A stretch of 338 bases of DNA from Escherichia coli. Its GTDB lineage: Bacteria; Pseudomonadota; Gammaproteobacteria; Enterobacterales; Enterobacteriaceae. The position numbers and the translations under genes are program-made. The notes under the pieces were generated by a model. The model did not search any database and had not been told where the DNA came from. It saw nothing but the letters and a program-made list of their open reading frames with translations. The stretch lies in NCBI RefSeq assembly GCF_003334765.1, contig NZ_QOWT01000134.1; one strand, written 5' to 3'. Shown piece after piece: positions 1-338 of the stretch; position 1 is the stretch's first letter; each line of letters opens with the position of its first letter.

Positions 1-179
1 AGACGGTCCATCCAGCCGAAGACACGGGGCTCCAGGGTCACCCACTGTGGAATGAGGCCAAAGTGCTGCGGCCAGAAACTGATACGTTGTTCATCAGGGA
101 CGAGGCTGGCAACCAGTTGTTGCAGGTCAGTCTCCGGTGCTGAGACCGAAGAGGTGGTGTTCTGAGACAATGTTTTCAT
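1..179 (-). CDS. Hypothetical protein, N-terminal fragment (59 codons; continues beyond the window start). Visible sequence: MKTLSQNTTSSVSAPETDLQQLVASLVPDEQRISFWPQHFGLIPQWVTLEPRVFGWMDR...
   Basis: ATG at 179-177 on the minus strand is preceded by AAGGA with an 8-nt spacer. The same frame carries stops just upstream (TGA at 251-249, 248-246 and 242-240) and no other ATG/GTG/TTG between them and 179, so an N-terminal extension is excluded. The frame is open to the window edge. Codon usage is enterobacterial-like: Arg is CGT three times, Leu mostly CTG/CTC, Gly GGC, about 64% GC at third positions. The aligned plus-strand frame would need rare CGG/AGG Arg codons. Confidence 0.7.
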   Translation of the reverse strand, partial: MKTLSQNTTSSVSAPETDLQQLVASLVPDEQRISFWPQHFGLIPQWVTLEPRVFGWMDR

Positions 180-187
180 ATGTGAAA

Positions 188-192
188 TCCTT
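188..192 (-). promoter_or_regulatory. Shine-Dalgarno / ribosome-binding site (AAGGA) for the CDS starting at 179
   Basis: Minus-strand AAGGA (plus-strand tcctt at 188-192) lies 8 nt upstream of the ATG, a canonical spacing. Confidence 0.6.
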
Positions 193-273
193 GTAGTGTG
201 AATAAATGCGAGGAAGTAAAGGTCGGGTGGCTGATAACATCACGTTCATCACTGACCGTGAGACCCGGTAATA

Positions 274-338
274 TCAGGGATGAATGATATTCGGCTGAAA
301 TTCCGGACAGCCGTACGCGTAACCGTTCCGGTCACAGA
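274..338 (-). CDS. Possible 3' end of an upstream minus-strand gene (hypothetical protein; last 20 codons ...CDRNGYAYGCPEFQPNIIHP, stop TGA at 276-274)
   Basis: A minus-strand frame is open from the window edge to the TGA at 276-274 and uses mostly common codons (CCG, GCG, GGC, TAC, AAC). A second minus frame is also open, ending at TGA 251-249 (...SVTGTVTRTAVRNFSRISFIPDITGSHGQ), but it contains the rarer ATA, CGA and GGA codons. With under 30 codons visible the choice is not secure, and neither frame may be coding. Confidence 0.3.
   Translation of the reverse strand, partial: CDRNGYAYGCPEFQPNIIHP

Noticed and set aside
1-143. Plus-strand open frame running from the window start to TGA at 141-143 (...TVHPAEDTGLQGHPLWNEAKVLRPETDTLFIRDEAGNQLLQVSLRC*), which could be the 3' end of a plus-strand gene.
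   Set aside because: It is in exact codon register with the minus-strand gene, the classic shadow frame that stays open when the real gene avoids TTA/CTA/TCA. It uses rare Arg codons (CGG twice, AGG), while the minus frame uses preferred CGT and has a proper SD and ATG. Homology on extended sequence would settle it.
1-179. Possibility that the minus-strand protein is a CbeA/YeeU/YfjZ-type antitoxin or a CbtA-type toxin of cryptic-prophage type IV toxin-antitoxin loci.
   Set aside because: The only basis is an MKTL start and a loose V-T-x-x-P-x-x-F-G resemblance recalled from memory. I cannot make a convincing alignment, so I do not assert it. A profile HMM search would decide.
181-196. TGTGA at 181-185 as a possible CRP half-site.
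   Set aside because: The partner 6 nt downstream is tgtag, not TCACA, so there is no dyad.
206-271. Small plus-strand ORF ATG 206 to TAA 269-271 (21 aa, MRGSKGRVADNITFITDRETR), and a GTG-initiated 29-codon plus ORF at 198-287.
   Set aside because: Neither has an upstream Shine-Dalgarno, both are very short, and both lie in what is most likely the leader or 3' region of minus-strand genes.
180-276. Sigma-70 promoter or intrinsic terminator in the leader of the minus-strand gene.
   Set aside because: Only 4-of-6 hexamer matches were found (for example TTTACT and TACAAG on the minus strand), with spacing that would put the transcription start on top of the SD. No GC-rich hairpin followed by a T-run is present.
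176-334. Minus-strand frame open from 331 down to a TGA at 178-176 that overlaps the downstream ATG as ATGA, resembling a translationally coupled upstream gene.
   Set aside because: This frame contains no ATG, GTG or TTG anywhere between the stop at 334-332 and its end, so there is no canonical start. The overlap is most likely coincidental.
280-338. Plus-strand ATG at 280-282 opening a frame to the window edge (MNDIRLKFRTAVRVTVPVT...), which would be a divergently transcribed gene.
   Set aside because: The only purine-rich stretch (AGGG) abuts the ATG with no spacer, and codon usage is poor (CGG, ACA and GTA each twice). It cannot be excluded without more sequence, but it is the weakest reading.

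Overview
This 338-bp window (about 52% GC overall) holds the 5' end of one minus-strand protein-coding gene and the AT-poorer leader upstream of it; nothing here supports a novel multi-gene system. The gene starts at the ATG at 179-177 (read on the minus strand), has an AAGGA Shine-Dalgarno 8 nt upstream, and runs out of the window at position 1 (59 codons visible). I cannot assign its product to a family from memory. Upstream (180-338) is a lower-GC stretch (about 48%, versus about 56% in the coding part) that probably includes the 3' end of another minus-strand gene, but the frame and stop of that gene are ambiguous with so little sequence. I see no tRNA or rRNA, CRISPR repeats, mobile-element termini, convincing intrinsic terminator or strong sigma-70 promoter. 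Everything is from reading the sequence by eye; no searches were run.
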